DNA from: Psammoneis japonica
Lineage: Eukaryota
Assembly (NCBI GenBank): GCA_008632985.1
Contig: QPGO01000103.1
Coordinates: forward strand, 1 to 64,000
Direction of reading: 5' to 3'
Length of the DNA: 64,000 nt
Positions within the stretch are counted from its first letter, which is position 1. Every line of letters begins with the position of its first letter. The notes under the pieces were generated by a model. It was given only the letters and a program-made list of their open reading frames with translations, did no database searches and was not told where the DNA came from. This document shows positions 60,651 through 64,000 of the stretch, in pieces. Made by a program: the position numbers and the translations under genes.

Positions 60651-60657
60651 GTTTTAA
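57590..60657 (+). mobile_element. Decayed putative DDE-type transposase gene (family uncertain; resembles DUF6729-linked/Zisupton-like proteins)
   Basis: ORF 58592..59440 has ASDHTF, GLFAVGVETGEIGSAVCVPS, P-KVHFSD and LGLWRWMNCITQTL..HVDF. Downstream GTESRLEKRH..VKNFANT. Many stops and frameshifts. Confidence 0.5.
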
Positions 60658-61097
60658 AGTAGTTTATGTTTCATCAAACGTAATGCTAGGTCCAAAAACT
60701 AGGACCGACGGAAGGCGACGGAAAACCCCCGCCATCGTCTGTTGTCAGCACTTCAACACGAAATTATTGATTATAGGTTTTTGTGCTTTACTTTTCCTTG
60801 CTTGTTTTGCCGCCACAAAATGCTCGAAACAACGCACTTAGTCTACGGCACCATGTAAGTCTCTTGACAGAGGCTTCTTTCATATTTTCACCGGCAGTCT
60901 AGAGGAACCCGCGGAAGGTCTCTACACGTTATGCAATTGGACCATAAACACATGTTCATTTTTTCATAATAATGTTATCGAGTCAACATGAAGGAAGCTG
61001 CTGCTTGCAATGCCACCAACAGTCTGCCCATGCTTTTTGGTGCCAACTGACTTTGGAAACTGCCACTTGGGTGCCCAAATCATGACGGAATGCCGAA

Positions 61098-62647
61098 TTA
61101 CAAGAAGGCACCGAAAAGCAAAAGCATGGATATCTCCCACAGTAGAGTGATGAATGACAGCTTGGACTCTAGTACAGCCGCCGAACCAGACGTTGGGCCT
61201 CCCGATGTCATGTTTTCTGACGAGACGGGAGTGGGGGTGAAAGCTGCGGTGGGAGTGGGAGCGGGGGTGGAGGCGGGATCGGGGGTGAAAGCTGCGGTGG
61301 GAGTGGGAGCGGGGGTGGGAGGCGGTCCGTTCGAGCCTACTTCGTAGACAGTAACTTCCTGTTTATGATACAGTGGTGAATTGCAGACAAATTCGATTTG
61401 TGAGAAACATGCTTTGCACTTCACGCACCAAAAAAGCAAGACAAACGTACGTTATTGTCTGAAATCCCGACCAGCGTTCCATCCGGAGAGATGTCTAGAG
61501 CGCCTACGCTACCAAAATCTCCTCCTAGTTGCACCCAATCGCTGTCTTCCCAGGCAAACAATCGTACCACACGTAGTCCTTCAATCAGAATGCGATTTCC
61601 GTCGTCAGAAAGCGCGACAGACAATCCAAAATCCTGCAATGTGGAAGGCCCGTTTAACGGGCTCCCCAACAAGCTCCAGTCCATTGCAGCTCCGTCGGAT
61701 GAGGATGTGAGTTGGTAGACTCGGACTTGTCCTGCACCGAAGAAAGCGTCTGAGTTCCCTTTACATCCCACCGCAAAACGGTCTCCGGCCGCCGACAGTG
61801 CCACTGCAGCTCCGCAGTCTTCTAACCCATCGACTGATTCTATAGCACTTCCAAGCTGCACCCAATCAGTGCCAGTAAATTGGTAGGCGGTCGCTGTACC
61901 CAGCTCACCTGTAGGCAGCGCCCCAAAAGCAATGGTGCTGCCGTCAGCGTTGGCAGCTACTTTCCCTGTGGAGGCTATCGCATCCCCAAGCGGCTTGGGA
62001 ATGGCACTGCCTTTGGGAAGAAAGGACCCGCTGCCGATGTCATAGACATACACATCATCTACTGCTGCAATGACTGCCACCTGTCCGTCCTTGCTGAGCG
62101 CCACCTGTGAACCAAAATCACTAGTTCCACTTCCTTCCACCCGATCTTTGAACTCCCAGACTGTCCCATTCCAGTGGTACAAGTACGCCGCGCCACTACG
62201 AGCACCGTTTGGGTAGGCATATGCTCCCACAAGCAAGGTGGTACCGCCGCTGTCGAGGTCTAGGCTGAATCCAAACTCATCAAGCTCGTTCTCGCCTTGG
62301 AGGGGCATTCCACTCATGAGCTGCCAGTTGCCTTGGGTAAACTCAAAACAATAGACGTCCCCTGGCACGGTTCCGAAACGGTGTGACGCGGCCAGCCTCG
62401 GCGTGGTTCCCTCATACATGGCCAGAGCGATCAAGTTGAATGAAAAGAACTCATCAGGGGTCGTGCTCTGAATGGTTGGACCCAGCGGCTGAAATCCATC
62501 CGGCTGAAGCAGCCGAGTAGGCGAACCCTGCTGAGATTTCTTTTCAACATGATCAAGTCCACCAAGTTCATCTCGTCCGCTCGAGACGGAAGCAGCAGCC
62601 ACGCCTAACACTGAAGCAACAACCGAGGCAACAAGAATTGTCTTCAT
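61098..62647 (-). CDS. Secreted/cell-surface FG-GAP beta-propeller protein with Pro/Thr stalk and hydrophobic C-terminus, 2 exons
   Basis: Signal MKTILVASVVASVLGVAAAS. FGFSLDLDSGGTTLLVGAY, FGSQVALSKDG, FGLSVALSDDG. Intron ~61359-61450. Duplicated PTPTAAFTP stalk. Confidence 0.85.
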
Positions 62648-63232
62648 CCTGGGACGCAGTTCGAGGAGAGCCAATACATTGTGTGCATTAGCTCTTGGTA
62701 CATCGAGATGAATTGGAATGGGAATGGACCATACGCATACGCGGATTGCTGGGTCTTGGTCTTGGTAGTCGCGGGACCTAAAGTCCGGGTCGACGTCATC
62801 AGCGAACTTCATTTCATGCACATCTACGCATTTTAGGATGTTCATTGCAATGACGTTATTTAGTTTTGTCTCCTTTCTGATTTCGCGAATTTCTACTAAA
62901 TGTCAAAATGTCGGAATCTTTTTACATTTATTTAGATGTTAATGTTATAAAAGTATATTTAACTAAAAAGTCATTAATTTAGTCTATTGAATGCTTTCGT
63001 GAATGAACAGAAAGGAAAAGGCTCATAATGGCGGGAAAAGAAACGCGTTCTTGGGGGTCGTTGTTCCGTTGAATTCTCCCACCAAATCATTCGTACCGGT
63101 ACGAACTCGCTCAACGTGGTGTCAAAGAAAAGCAACCATTACGCCTGAATCCATGCCCAAGCCCTTTTATTGCCAAAAATATATATTCCTGAGCTTAAAC
63201 CAAAAGACACAGCACAAAACGTTTATTGAAAA

Positions 63233-64000
63233 ATGGCGGACTTCATGATGGACAAGATCGGAATGGAGGATGACATCAACGTGAATGGCATGAAACCTCC
63301 CAGAGACAACGCCATGCGGAGTAGGTTTCGCCGGAAGGGTCGTCGGGCGTCGGGGCGATCCTTGTTTTCATCATCAGATGCACAGTCCGTCGTGTCTGCA
63401 CCAGTGCAAAACTATGATGCGGCAAGCAGATCATACTATGATTATAGAATTACTGCCGTCGAATCAGCGGCACCTGCACGAGCACGAGCACGAAACTCTG
63501 GAATGAGTCTGAGTGGTCCAGGAGAATCTGTACCTCCGAGTTTGTCAAATCAGGCCGACTCAGGTCTGTGATGGTCGTCTATGATTGCAAATACGCGCAG
63601 AACCAAAACTCGCTCACCATTCATCACCCTTTTTTCGTTTTTTTCGTTTCGTTCAGCACTCATTTCTCGCCTTAAGCAGCAGGGTTACAGTACAGGTTTG
63701 GCAATGGCTTTAGCTTCCAACTCGAATGCATTTCATCATCGAATTTGGGTAGTAGATAACTCCGGTTCCATGATGGTTGGAGATGGTCGTCGCATTGTAG
63801 CAACGTCGAGCGGAAAGATAACCGAACAAAGAGTGACGCGATGGGAGGAGATTCAGGAGACCGTGGTGTATCATTGCCAAATGGCTGCTCTCCTAAAGAC
63901 TCCAACTGTGTTCAATCTCTTGAATAGTCCGGGTGTTCAAGTGGGTCCGCAGCGATTCAGTGTAGGAGAACGGGGCCGAAATGTTGGAGCTGATATTCAA
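63233..64000 (+). CDS. 5' part of an unknown protein-coding gene, runs off the window
   Basis: ORF 63233..63571 with a good start context (aaaATG). Probable intron from ~63563 to a pyrimidine tract/AG near 63680. Confidence 0.45.

Noticed and set aside
60980..61097. Short TA-free patch beside the FG-GAP gene stop codon
   Set aside because: At about 115 bp it is too short to distinguish from chance.

Overview
Eukaryotic genomic DNA, most likely from a pennate diatom. This is an inference from short GT-AG introns, signal peptide plus 'SAF' plastid-targeting N-termini and stramenopile-type gene families. A gene-dense core (about 10.9-49 kb and 61-64 kb) carries about 19 ordinary genes: LMBR1-like, RanBP1, cyclophilin, USP-Tudor, DnaJ-ankyrin, a GT31/Fringe-FAM20 kinase fusion, UGT, WLM protease, GT32, FG-GAP propellers, ankyrin-WW, DUF1350 and a Myb-like factor. 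Several are interrupted by small indels. Two large transposon-rich blocks (1 to ~10,650 and ~49,450 to ~60,650) and one small island (~19,330-20,340) have lost almost all TpA dinucleotides, with a matching excess of TpG/CpA. Transposon proteins in these blocks are essentially tyrosine-free. Conserved Tyr positions read Cys (TGY) or His (CAY), including the predicted catalytic Tyr of a Crypton-like recombinase. The two LTRs of a nested mini-retroelement differ only at TA/TG/CA/CG sites. Surviving TpA is mostly in YTAR context. This points to a region-restricted A-to-G (TpA to TpG/CpA) hypermutation of transposons, a mirror image of fungal RIP, and is the main candidate novel system in the window. 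All counts are by eye and all family calls rest on motif recognition, without database searches.
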